Made by a program: the position numbers and the translations under genes. Below the pieces are notes generated by a model, which searched no databases, was not told where the DNA came from, and saw only the letters and a program-made list of their open reading frames with translations. From Glaucostegus cemiculus (lineage: Eukaryota), in NCBI GenBank assembly GCA_976551045.1, contig CDPCPM010000106.1, positions 24,490,001 through 24,554,000 on the forward strand: a stretch of DNA of 64,000 nt. Reading direction: 5' to 3'. Below are positions 27,120-38,954 of the stretch, in pieces; within the stretch, counting starts at the first letter, position 1, and every line of letters begins with the position of its first letter.

Positions 27120-27950
27120 GCACTTTGCAAAGGATGTGAGAAGTCTTCAAGAGTAATCATACTAATGGAAAATGGAAAATAAAGTGAAATCATACACCAT
27201 GGCAAAAAAGATAGTATTTTTTAAATGGTTAAATTCTGAAAGGTGTTGGTGTTCAGAAGGAACTGCATGTCCTTGTACATGAATTGTTGAAAGTTACTAA
27301 GCAGCTACAGCAAGCAATTGGGAAGGCCAACAGTACATTGGCCTTTATTGCAAGAGAATTTGAGTACAAGTATAGAGACACTTTGCTCCAATTACGTAGG
27401 ACCCTGGTGAGACTGCATCTGGAATATTTTGTACAAGTTTTGTCTCTCTACCGAAGGAAGTATATACTTACAACTGAGGGGTTGCTGCAAAGGTTCACCA
27501 GATCAATTCCTGGTGTGGCAGGTTTGCCATATGAGAGATTAAGCAGACTAGGTCTGTAATTTCTTGATTTTAGAAGAATCAGAGGTGATCTCATTGAAAC
27601 TTACAGAATTCTTAAGGGGCTTCACTTGTACTGGTAGGGTTGGTGTTTCCCCTGACTAGAATGTCCAGAATCAGCCATCACAGTTTCAAAATAAAGCACC
27701 AGCCTTTCTAAACAGAGAAGGAATTCTGTCACCAAGGGAATGGTGACTCTTTTAAATCCATTCCCCAGGAGCGCTTTGGAGGCTTGATCACTAAGACATT
27801 CAGGATAGAAGCTGATAGATTTTTATATTTTAAGGTAATAAAAGCAGTGTGGTGTAAGTGTTGGAAAATGGCATTGAAGTAAATGATCAGCCATGATCTT
27901 ACTGAATGGCAAAGCAGATACAAGAATCTGAAAGTTCTACTCCTGCTAAG
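27120..27950 (+). mobile_element. CR1-type LINE 3' fragment
   Basis: KANSTLAFIAR..LVRLHLEYFVQ..QRFTR.IPG; boundaries approximate. Confidence 0.8.
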
Positions 27951-28174
27951 TAATTTCAGAAAAAGTTGGGGTGGTGTTCACCCGGATTCAGGAAATATAG
28001 AAATGATTCTTAATGGTAGCTGCCTGTAGGGCTCACTGCTGCTTTGCCTCTGCCACAATAAAGCACGTGTATTATCAACATATAGGTGCTTCTGAAACAA
28101 TAGCAAATGCCTATTGTTTTAATCATAATATATTACTCTCTTGCTCCTTCTCTATAGCAGCTGAAGTATCCTAC

Positions 28175-28365
28175 CTGGTCCTGGAATATCTTTGTCATGG
28201 ACATTTCCAGTCCAGCGGCTACTGTTAGACACAAACACTGCACTGGTCATGTAGCGCTTAGGTGGATCGTGAAAATCGACCACATCATAATAGCCGGGGC
28301 CTGGAGGAGTTGGGTTTCGGCGCACTGGGAAAGGAGGAGCAGAAATACACATGTAATGTTTCTTC
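28175..28365 (-). CDS. STPG1: STPG1 coding exon (KKHYMCISAPPFPVRRNPTPPGPGYYDVVDF...SAVFVSNSSRW...DIPGP-)
   Basis: ttccag| and |gtagga; 191 nt, phase 2 to 1; PGPG.Y SHIPPO-type repeats. Confidence 0.95.
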
Positions 28366-29762
28366 CTGGAAAAAATTGGAAAGCAACAGAAATAACAGTG
28401 AGAAATAACAAATATTTTGTCAAATTATAATGTGCATATTATAAAAATGATAAATTAAACACAGAAACTTGTGAAGCTGACCACAACTCATTTTACATGG
28501 TTATTACTTTTGCACTCAATCTGGACTATAGTATTTATAGAACATTTGTTCCTTGCTATGTCATTCTCCTGGTTCGCGTGTCTGGAATCAGGCATCACAG
28601 TTTCCCGGAGTTTCAACCATTCCAAACAGAGATGAAAAGAAACTAGTAAAATACAGAAGGTTCATCACATTCTGTTTGTCACCATTATGGTTCAATTCTT
28701 CACCAAGTCTCAAGCTGTGTCCTGTACCACAAAACCCTGGGGTGAGGGCTTTGCTAGGATCCTGCATCTTATCTTGTAACTCCATCATTCCTGCAGGTTT
28801 TTGACGCAGTTGAGGCACAGAACATCTGCCTGCAACATGCCTTTCACCATCACCCTCTCCCCTCCAACACCCTCTCCCCTCCACCCACATCCCACCTGTT
28901 CCTCTCCTGGCTGCCTGCAATTTTCTACCGATTCTGAACTTCTACAAGTGACATTTATCAAAATGATCAAGGGCTTGACAAAATCTTTAAGATATTACTT
29001 TAAAGTAGGCAGATAGCTGCGATTTATATTTAAATACAGCTGACTCATGGTACCAGGTTTGGGAAAAGCAAACAGAAGATCATGGCCAGGAGTTAAGAAC
29101 ACCAAATATATGTAAAGCCTAATTTACCTGCTCACTTACTGAATTATGGGTATTTTTGATGCCTGTTTATTCATCCATTTGTTTTAGATTCTCACACAGT
29201 GCACTATTTGTTGTTTTAGAATTTCAAGTACAGCAATGTCCATTCTGTTTTGCTTTTCACATAATGTACCACCCATTTGTTTGAGGCGTTTACACAAAAT
29301 ATATTTTGGCTTCAATATGATTCATATTGCATTGTCCATATATAGAGAAAAGTAGGAACATAAATCAAATGTCATTATCAAGAGTAAGATTAATAGATTC
29401 TTCTTTTCAGCTTTGGGAATCTGAGTATACAGAACAATTGCATGTACATGGAGTTGAAGTACAGTTCAACCAGAATAAAGTTGAGGGGATAGATGGTCTT
29501 AGAGTTTCTATGTCACAGAATCATTGTGAATGTGGTTTTGATTCTCATAAACTGCACTGTCTTTGTTCTTGTTCATCTAGGGTAAGTTATTCTACACAGT
29601 TCACTCACTCCCAATCCTGAAATATTTAAATTACACAAAGGATAAAATCTTCACCCCTTTTGAAAATTCAGAATCTGCACACAATTTTTTTCTCATAGAC
29701 CAGTCTGCCTTTTCTGTATTCATTTAGAGAGCAGCTACTGAAATGAAGTCAGTCACCCATAC

Positions 29763-29943
29763 CAAGGGTGTAAATGTGCGATTTGCATCCTGTCTTCTGT
29801 CATTGATTTGTATGGTTGATAGGTTGCTGGTCCTGGGCTCATTGAGTCAATTGGATACTTCAGACGAGTGGTCTTGGATTTGAAAGAAGAAACTATTGCC
29901 TTTGGTGACTCTTTGGTCAAGGAGTGATTGATTCTGTAATGGC
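29763..29943 (-). CDS. STPG1: STPG1 coding exon (CHYRINHSLTKESPKAIVSSFKSKTTRLKYPIDSMSPGPATYQPYK...)
   Basis: ttccag| and |gtatgg; 181 nt, phase 1 to 2; HY.IN.SL.K.SP...S.FKSKT.R motif. Confidence 0.93.
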
Positions 29944-30971
29944 CTGGAAAAGAATTTTACAGCTGATACACAACATTGCTGGTGATGCATGTAAAGACAG
30001 ATATGCTTTGCTAATTATTTCCCAATGATAATTGCAACAATAGAATCGTGTTATACATAAAACTATTACTAAAATTAGAAAATTTATATTGCCTAATATA
30101 TTTGATACTCATGCCACACGGTGACAAGATCTCCCTGATCAGCAATCATTACCTATACACAGGTAGTTAATACACACTTGACAATGTCAGCTACATTCTA
30201 AAAAACAAACAAAATAACACTGGCGAATTTTCACTACCCTCCATGGATTTTTCTTCTATTCAACCTTGCAATGATGTAGGTTAACAACTGCAATCAGTGC
30301 ATGAACAGCCCAGCAGCAGAGACAATACAGTCAGAAATAAATTGGCTATTTTGTACTTTGGGTCAAATTATTGGCAAGTTTGGGCTTCTGTTTATTAAAA
30401 TAAACATATAGATGATAGGAAGGAAAACAGAAACTGCTTATATCCATTGGTGAGGACTCAGACTTTCTCATGCAATCAGGAAAGATGAATATTGGTCATA
30501 TGACTTTACAAAACTATTCAAAGAAATCACTTCAGATAAAAGTTCAAAGCATTTCACTAAACTTATTGATTTAGTGAGAAAGGAATTAAAATTTGTTGTC
30601 ATTTGTTCAATTTCTTTCCAAAGCTTTGCAACTCCATTCGTTAAACCTGAAATAATGGAAAATGGTTCATAATTTTTTTTTGTACACAGAAAGGGTTATT
30701 GTGCAGTTATTATTACTTTGTGAAAGAAGATCTATTTAATAATATCGATAATAAAGATTGGGAGCTTAAGTGGAACAAACCTTAACATGCAGATCAGACC
30801 AAAACATTTTGCTCATAAATATGTGCTATCACTTAAGGTTAAATTCATATTTTCGGCTTCTTCAGCAGCTCAGCTGGCTCCTTCAGTGAGGAATGCAGTC
30901 TTATCATATTATCGCACAAACCCACTAACCTTTGATTATTCCTTTTGTATTTACAAAATGTGCATACTTAC

Positions 30972-31083
30972 ATGGGGAGGGTCCATGTAGTACTCCTTGT
31001 GGAACTGCCTCTCTCCTGGTTTTTGATAAAAATGCTGATTCAGCAGAGACATTGTTAGCTTTCCCAAGAAAAACATTGGAAAT
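30972..31083 (-). CDS. STPG1: STPG1 coding exon (ISNVFLGKANNVSAESAFLSKTRREAVPQGVLHGPSP-)
   Basis: ctccag| and |gtaagt; 112 nt, phase 0 to 1; NNV....F.SKT.R motif. Confidence 0.92.
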
Positions 31084-32338
31084 CTGGAGAAAGATTTTAA
31101 AAATTAAATTAAGTTCCTGCAGTCCAAAAACTACTTTGAATGGCGTCTCATGTTTTTCTAGCCTCTCCACCATCTGTTGAACTGAAAATACAATTTGAAA
31201 CAAAATGATTGTCTTAGCAAATAATACATTCAAGTACAATACATTGATAACTATATGATTAAAATAATATTAAAGTTTGCATCTTGTTCTTCTGTACCAA
31301 TGAATTTATGCAGGAATACCAAGGAATCTCATTCTTCAACCACAATGCACAATATTGATTTTTCCCCAGATTAGAATAATGGCATAATGCCATTTTATTC
31401 TAGGAAAAAAACAGTTAAACAATTGAACTATTGGTAAAGTGCCAGTCATATGTCAGTGAAGAAAATATTGATATTTTCCTGCAGTGAACATGGTTGCCTA
31501 CAATTGTTGAGATCTCAAGCACATTTACATACTATTGGAGGTTCCTTATGTTAACGAGCCAGTCATAGAAAGCTGCTAAAATGAAAGTTTACATGAGTTT
31601 CCAAATCTTTGGTTGATGGAAAACCATGTAAAACAGGCTGTGCATAGTGGACCAAAGAATATTTCCCCTCCCCCTCAAGGGCCCAACACTGCAAATTCTA
31701 TAGCACGAGGCCCAAGGCATTGTGTGTACAAAATTCCTTACTCTGATGGGCTGAAAAGCTTAACACCATCCAAGTCAAAGCAGTAGACTTGGCTGGTAAA
31801 TTAATAAATCAAAAGAAAACTGCAAATGCTGTAAATATGAAATAAAAACAGAAAATGTTGGAAAGACTCAGCAAGTCAGGCAGCGTCCTGAAATCTGTTT
31901 GTGTTCAGATTAGAGACACTTCATCAGTGATGCAGCCCCTCTATAAGGAGGCAGCATCACAAACAACTAAGACATGGAAGTCATGAAGAAGACCCAAGAT
32001 TTGTGATTCTCATGCACAGGAAGCATTACAGGTCTTGAGTATCAGAAAAATCACTCCTCCATGGCCTTGCACAGGTGCCACATCAGTTCCCTGTGCACTA
32101 CCGTTTTATTGCACTTCTAGAAGCAGAGGAGAATTTTTAGGCCAGAGCTTGTGTGAACATAATGAGCAGTAAAAGATATTAAAAGAAACAAACAATGAAC
32201 TACCTTACATCTCCATTTGGACTATGGTATGCGCCAGATTGCTTTACCTAATCTGAAAAATAAAATCCATAGCTTGTTTGAGCCTAGTACAACAATGTAC
32301 TACGCAAACGTTAATCTTTCTTGAACTTCACAACTCAC

Positions 32339-32518
32339 ATTATATTCATTAGGACCTGGTGTCCTGTTTTTGTTATCGTCCACTTTCATAGCAATGGGTG
32401 GCTGGAACATGCTGCTGTTCCCTAGGTGATAGTCCATCTTTGTCAGGATTTTAGAAGGAATGTTGTATGCATTTGCTCCTGGGGTCTGGATAATTCTTCT
32501 CCGTTCCACACGGGGTAC
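32339..32518 (-). CDS. STPG1: STPG1 coding exon (VPRVERRRIIQTPGANAYNIPSK...SSMFQPP...TPGPNEYN)
   Basis: cttag| and |gtgagt; 180 nt, phase 0 to 0; P.ANAY.IPS and SSMFQ motifs. Confidence 0.95.
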
Positions 32519-32884
32519 CTAAGCAGGAACAAGAGAACAACAGACAGGTTTGTTATAGGCCCAGCCTGATTCACAACGCCTTCCTTTCACTAAGCTAGCC
32601 CATGGTCTCATTTGGATTTTGCAGCTGTGCAACTCCATAACATCCTCCCATCCCTGCCGAAGCTGTAGGGGGCCCAGATGGTATCCAATAGCTTGTGGTG
32701 TCAAAGACCTTTTCCACTGTTTCAAAATATCTCTGATGATCACAGACATTTAGAATCGATTGAAAATGGTGAAATAATTTTTTTTAAATAAAAATAATTA
32801 ATGAAAAAGCACTCTCTCAAAACCACATTCAAATTTTGCAGATTAACTTATAAACAATATATTAAATAAGATAAAGAAAACATA

Positions 32885-33618
32885 GTTAAGTCCCGGGGCC
32901 AGATGGGATATATCCAAGGTTATTATGGGAAGAGAGGGAAGTGATTGCTATGCCTTTGGTGATGATCCTTGCATTTTCACTGGCAACAGGAGTAGTGCCA
33001 GATGATTGGAGGGTGGCAAATGTTATTCCTTTGTTAAGAAAAGGAGTAGGGATAACCTGGGATTTATAGACCAGTGAGTCTTACTTCAGTGATGGGCAAA
33101 TTATTGGAAAAAATTGTTAGGGACAAGATTTATGAGCATTTGGAGAAGCATAGCTTTGTGAGGGGCAGGTCACGAGTCTGATTGAACCCTTTGAGGATGT
33201 GACATAACACATTGATGAGGGTAGAGCAGTGGATGTGGTGTATATGGATTTCAGTAAGGTGGTTGAAAAAGTTCCTCATGATAGGCTCATTCAGAAGGTC
33301 AGGAGACATGGGATCTAGGGAAACTTGGCTGTATGGACTTGGGATTGGCTTACCCATAGAAGGCAGAGGGTGATTGTAGATGGAGCATATTCTGCCTGGA
33401 GGTCAGCAACCAGTGATGTTCCACAGGGATCTGTTCTGCGACCACTGCTCTTTGTGATTTTTATAAATGACTTGGATGAGGAAGTGGAGGGGTGGGTTAG
33501 TAAGTTTGCAGATGACACGAAGGTTGAAGGGTCGTGGATAGGGTAGAAGATTGTCATAGGTTACAACAGGATAGAGACAGGATGAAGACTTAGTTGTATA
33601 GGTCTATGTTCTATGTTC
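32885..33618 (+). mobile_element. CR1-type LINE RT fragment
   Basis: [40 protein letters not shown]; (ctatgtt)n tail. Confidence 0.9.
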
Positions 33619-33918
33619 AAACTATTTATATCCCCATCTCTTTATTGAAGGTCAGCAGCCCATTAAAATGAATGGGGTTACAATAGATGTGCCAGCTAAA
33701 GTTGGCATAAAATTGAGGGGACAGAAGCTTCAGTTATATATGGAATATTCCAGGATGCAATAGTGACCCAGGGCTCTATTTTTTTAATGAAGGCTACTTA
33801 TTTATCTTTTCCGGAAATAACTAGGAATAACTAATTATTTGCTGAACAGTTAGCAGAGGGCAAAGCTTGACAACAAGTACTTAATGTTATTTTAACAGAA
33901 CAATTACTAAAAACTTAC

Positions 33919-34020
33919 TTTGGATGCTAGCCCACCCATTCCTCTTTTGGAGAAGGAAGTGCTGAAGGTTTCAAGTGACCCATGAGTGTAATCGTATGTA
34001 CCCGGTCCTGGGTTTTCACT
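33919..34020 (-). CDS. STPG1: STPG1 coding exon (SENPGPGTYDYTHGSLETFSTSFSKRGMGGLASK)
   Basis: ttttag| and |gtaagt; 102 nt, phase 0 to 0; PGPG.Y repeat and S.SK.G. Confidence 0.94.
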
Positions 34021-34092
34021 CTAAAAGAAAGTTAATATTCAAGCATATTACAACTGAATCAAACCATTAGCATGTAAAATCACTATACTAAG

Positions 34093-34924
34093 TGTTACGA
34101 AGTAGCTTACTATAGGCAAATATCCCTTTAAGATGGGACATTGTGTGTGTGCGCCTATAAGAACGTATTACGTCAACAGAAGACTAACGTGATGAGGTCA
34201 TTACACGAAAGAAAAAGAGAGGAGAGAGAGAGAGACAAACAGACGGAGAGAGAGAAGAAGGAGAGACGGCAGCCTGTTTTGTTTCTGTCAATGGATGAAG
34301 GACAGTAGCTGTGTTTGCCACTAAAATCTGTGGATGGATTTCTGGAGTAGTCCAGTGGAGTTCACTTTGTCGGTAACCTGTAGAAGGACACAGGTGTTTG
34401 CGTGGATGACTACATTTTGGATGCTCTTCAGAGTGGCAGATACTGTGGAACAAGGTGACGGAATTCACTTCGCTGCTAACCTGTAGCAGAACACAGGTAT
34501 TTGCATGGACAGTCACGATCCAGGAGTTTTCGGGGTGAGAAAGTCACTACCGAGTTAGCCCTGAAGTGTCGTTCGAGTTTCGAGTGGAACATTCGGATTT
34601 CGTGATTCCTCTCTAATCTCTCTCTATATCTATGTTTTGTCTTCGGTGGATGGTGCTTGTGAAGAAGCCTTTATTCATGTTTCACCTTACGGCTTATTGA
34701 ACTGAACTTTAAGAACTAACTCCTGGACTTGGAGTTTAGGAATTCAACACGCACACACGACAAGTAGTTTTGGGGTTATAGTTTAAGATTCCAATATTTT
34801 ATTGTGTACTAGTATACTAACTTTTTATTCTTATTTTATGTATTATCGGATGTAGTTATTAATAAAGTAGTTTTAACACTGAAGTTTGAATTGGTGTGCT
34901 TCTTTTGTTGCTGGTTTCGTAACA
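34093..34924 (+). repeat. 5' LTR, 832 bp, chimeric
   Basis: 9-bp inverted termini; AATAAA at 34861; left part matches the 3' LTR, right part matches the nested inverted LTR. Confidence 0.93.
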
Positions 34925-34929
34925 AAATT

Positions 34930-35378
34930 CTCACCCCGAAAACTCCTGGATCGTGACTGTCCGTGCAAATACCTGTGTTCTTCTACAGGTTAGCAGCAAA
35001 GTGAATTCCGTCACTTTGTTCTACAGTATCTGCCACTCTGAAGAGCATCCAAAATGTGGTTGTCCACGCAAACACCTGTGTCCTTCTACAGATTACCGAC
35101 AAAGTGAACTCCACTGGACTACTCCAGAAATCCATCCACGGATTTTAGTGACAAACACAGTTACTGTCCTTCATCCATCGACAGAAACAAAACAGGCTGC
35201 CATCTCTCCTTCTTCTTTCTCTCCGTCTGTTTGTCCCGCTCTCTCTCTCTCCTCTCTTTTTCTTTCTTGTAATGACCTCATCACGTTAGTCTTATCTTCT
35301 GTTGATGTAATACGTTGCACACACACACAATGTCCCATCTTAAAGGGATATTTGCCTATAGTAATCTACTTCATAACA
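34930..35378 (-). repeat. Inverted left half of the LTR (about 450 bp)
   Basis: Reverse complement of the LTR from its start to ...GGGGTGAG; ends ...CTACTTCATAACA. Confidence 0.92.
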
Positions 35379-35671
35379 TCGGCCTTAGCTAATTCTTTAG
35401 CTTTAGCTCGGGTTACTGCACAAGATGGATAAACGTCTGCCTCATTCTCAGATTCAGTAAAGCTTGGTTTAGTTGTTAACTGTACCACAGAAACAAATTC
35501 TTCACCTGCAAGGTCTTCACCTGCAAGAAACACCCTCCACTGGTAAACTTGGTCGTATCCCTATCTCAACAGGTCCTTCTACGAACTTTGATTTTAAAAT
35601 CACCTTGTGCAAAGGGACAAACATGGTATCACCTGTAACACCTCACACTAGATTTACCTCACCAGTTTCAG
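35379..35671 (-). pseudogene. Inverted pol fragment: protease C-terminus and linker (ETGEVNLV*GVTGDTMFVPLHKV...PVEGV/DLAGEE...YPSCAVTRAKAKELAKA)
   Basis: Its first ~53 nt duplicate 37726-37778; it continues with the sequence missing between 37778 and 38955. Confidence 0.9.
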
Positions 35672-35901
35672 CTTATTGAACTGAACTTTAAGAACTAATT
35701 CCTGGACTTTGAGTTTAGGAATTCGACACACACACGACGAGTAGTTTTGGGGTTATAGTTTAAGATTCTAATGTCTTGTTTTGTACTAATATACTAACTT
35801 TTTGTTCTTATTTTACATATTATCGGAAGTAGTTATTAATAAAGTAGTTTTAACACTGAAGTATGAATTGGTGTGCTTCTTTTGTTACTGGTTTCGTAAC
35901 A
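35671..35901 (+). repeat. Right part of the original 5' LTR, directly before the PBS
   Basis: Matches the 3' end of the 3' LTR; ends TTCGTAACA. Confidence 0.92.
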
Positions 35902-35905
35902 AAAT

Positions 35906-35923
35906 TGGGGGCTCGTCCAGGAT
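35906..35923 (+). other. Primer-binding site for tRNA-Pro (TGGGGGCTCGTCCAGGAT)
   Basis: 17/18 match to the canonical Pro PBS TGGGGGCTCGTCCGGGAT, 4 nt after the LTR end. Confidence 0.93.
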
Positions 35924-36083
35924 GTTCCCAAGATTAATGAGTGTCGTTCTGGGATCCAGTCCAAAGATTGATTAGGGTGGCTTGCAGTCAAACTTAAGAC
36001 TGGTATTGGAGGTCTGAGTTTGGACACATTGGGGTTGGTCCAATAAATTCTCTTAATTGGCGTGTGTGTGGAAACCAGTAACA

Positions 36084-37778
36084 ATGGATGTGTTTATGAA
36101 AAAACCCACCCCAAGTGGATTGCAGAGAATGAAGAAGTCTGAATTATTAAATCTTGCTGCAGAGCTAAAACTTGAGACGGTAACACAATCTATGAGAAAA
36201 GCAGATATCGAGAGAATAATAGCTGGTCATTATGTGAAGATGCAAGTGTTTGAAGAGGGAGTAGTAAAACAATTTCCTGGCAGTGAACAAACGATTTCTG
36301 ATGCTCAAATTCAGTTAGCAAAGATAGAGGCTGAAAGGGAACAAGCAAAGATACAAGCTGAACAAAAGAAATTAGAGCTAGAATCTGAACGAGAAAGGGA
36401 CCGATTGAAATTTGAGGCTGAAGCAGAGCAAAGGAAACTAGAATCTGAACGAGAGTAAAGGAAGCTAGAATCTGAATGAGAGCAAAAGAAGCTAGAATCT
36501 GAACGGGAATGATTGAAGTTTGAGGCTGAAGCAGAGCAAAGGAAACTAGAAACTGAACAAGAAAGGGAACGATTGAAGTTTGAGGCTGAAGTAGAACAAA
36601 GGAGACTGGAATTTGAACAAAAGAAACTAGAGGCAGAGGAAAAGAGGATGGAATTAAGGAGGATGGAGCTGGAAAGTAAGGAAAGGGAGAAACAAAGGAA
36701 ATATGATTTAAGACTGAAGAGACAGAGTTCAGATTCTGATTCTGATGATGAGTTTTCAGCCAGTAGGGAGGTTAGATTAGTCCCTCCTTTTGATGAAGAT
36801 CAGGTTGAACAGTATTTCCAACATTTTGAAAAGGTTGCTACGAGTTTAAATTGGCCAAAGAGGAGATGGGCTCTTATGTTACAGAGTGTGATTAAAGGCA
36901 AAGCTCAAAAAGCTTATTCTGCTTTGTCTGTGGAGGAGGCAGCTGATTATGAAAAGGTAAAACAAGCAATCTTGAAAGTGTATGAGTTGGTACCAGAAGC
37001 GTACAGACAAAAGTTTAGAGATTTGAAGAAAAGTTCAGATCAAACATACATGGAGTTTGCCAATGGAAAGAGAATATGTTTTGAACGATGGTGTATGGCG
37101 AAAGATGTAGTTGATGATTATAAGAAATTGGCAGAATTAGTTTTAATAGAAGACTTTAAAAGATGTGTACCAGCTGAAATAGCTGCATACCTAAATGAAA
37201 AGAATGTGGACACTTTACAAGAAACTGCTAGGTTGGCAGATGATTATGCTTTAACCCATAAATTCAGATGGGGACAAACTAAAACCTTTCAAAGGAGTTA
37301 CAAAGACAATCCAGGTAAACCAGAGATTAAATTGGGAGATAATCTGAAAGGGAAGGATGACAAGAAGCCAGTGCTGGAGAAACCAGTTGAGCGTCTTTGT
37401 TATTACTGTAAGAAGCCTGGTCATATGAAATTTGACTGTTCTGTTTTGAAGAAAAAGCAAGAAAAGGGAGCTGTGCCAACTGCCTGTTGTCAAGTTATTA
37501 AACCCGAAAATAAAAGAGGTTTCGGGGAGGTTGTGAAAGATCAGTCCTTGCTAGAGATGAAGTCTGAAAAGTTGGATGAGGTGAGGGAGGAATTCCGTTC
37601 ATATGTATCAGAAGGTTTTGTTTCACTGAAGGATGGGTCACCCCAGGTACCAGTGAAAATCCTTAGAGATACTGGAGCTTCCCAACCTCTCTTGCTGGAC
37701 AGTGTTTTAAATTTTGGTAAGGAAACTGAAACTGGTGAGGTAAATCTAGTGCGAGGTGTTACAGGTGATACCATGTTT
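36084..37778 (+). pseudogene. gag-protease: coiled-coil repeats, SCAN-related capsid region, CCHC knuckle, aspartic protease
   Basis: YELVPEAYRQKFR; CYYCKKPGHMKFDC; LRDTGAS; in-frame stops at 36456, 36477 and 36510; cut off by LTR sequence at 37779. Confidence 0.92.
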
Positions 37779-38118
37779 CATTACAAGAAAGAAAAAGAGA
37801 GGAGAGAGAGAGAGAGACAAACAGACAGAGAGAAAGAAGGAGAGATGGCAGCCTGTTTTGTTTCTGTCGATGGATGAAGGACAGTAACTGTGTTTGTCAC
37901 TAAAATCCGTGGATGGATTTCTGGAGTTGTCCAGTGGAGTTCACTTTGTCGGTAACCTGTAGAAGGACACAGGTGTTTGCGTGGACAACCACATTTTGGA
38001 TGCTCTTCAGAGTGGCAGATACTGTAGAACAAAGTGATGGAATTCACTTTGCTGCTAACCTGTAGAAGAACACAGGTATTTGCATGGACAGTCACAATCC
38101 AGGAGTTTTCGGGGTGAG
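37779..38118 (+). repeat. Internal LTR fragment (left half lacking its first ~105 bp)
   Basis: CATTACAAG...GGGGTGAG matches the LTR; followed by AATTT and an inverted full LTR. Confidence 0.92.
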
Positions 38119-38123
38119 AATTT

Positions 38124-38954
38124 TGTTACGAAACCAGCAACAAAAGAAGCACACCAATTCATACTTCAGTGTTAAAACTACTTTATTAATAACTACATCC
38201 GATAATACGTAAAATAAGAATAAAAAGTTAGTATATTAGTACACAATAAAATATTAGAATCTTAAACTATGACCCCAAAACTACTTGTCGTGTGTGCGTG
38301 TCGAATTCCTAAACTCCAAGTCCAGGAATTAGTTCTTAAAGTTCAGTTCAATAAGCCGTAAGATGAAACACAAATAAAGGCTTCTTCACAAGCACCATCC
38401 ACCGAAGACAAAACATAGATATAGAGAGAGATTAGAGAGGAATCACGAAATCCAAATGTTCCACTCGAAACTCAAACGACACTTCAGGGCTTACTCAGTT
38501 GTGACTTTCTCACCCTGAAAACTCCTTGTATGTTGACTGTCCATGCAAATACCTGTGTTCTTCTACAGGTTAGCAGCAAAGTGAATTCCGTCACTTTGTT
38601 CCACAGTATCTGCCACTCTGAAGAGCATCCAAAATGTGGTTGTTCACGCAAACACCTGTGTCCTTCTACAGGTTACCGACAAAGTGAACTCCACTGGACT
38701 ACTCCAGAAATCCATCCACGGATTTTAGTGACAAACACAGTTACTGTCCTTCATCCATCGACAGAAACAAAACAGGCTGCCATCTCTCCTTCTTCTTTCT
38801 CTCCGTCTGTTTGTCTCTCTCTCTCTCCCCTCTTTTTCTTTCTTGTAATGACGTCATCACGTTAGTCTTATCTTCTGTTGACGTAATACATTGCACACAC
38901 ACACAATGTCCCATCTTAAAGGGATATTTGCCTATAGTAATCTACTTCGTAACA
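38124..38954 (-). repeat. Full-length nested LTR in inverted orientation
   Basis: Reverse complement of the whole LTR; followed by CCGA and resumed pol. Confidence 0.95.
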
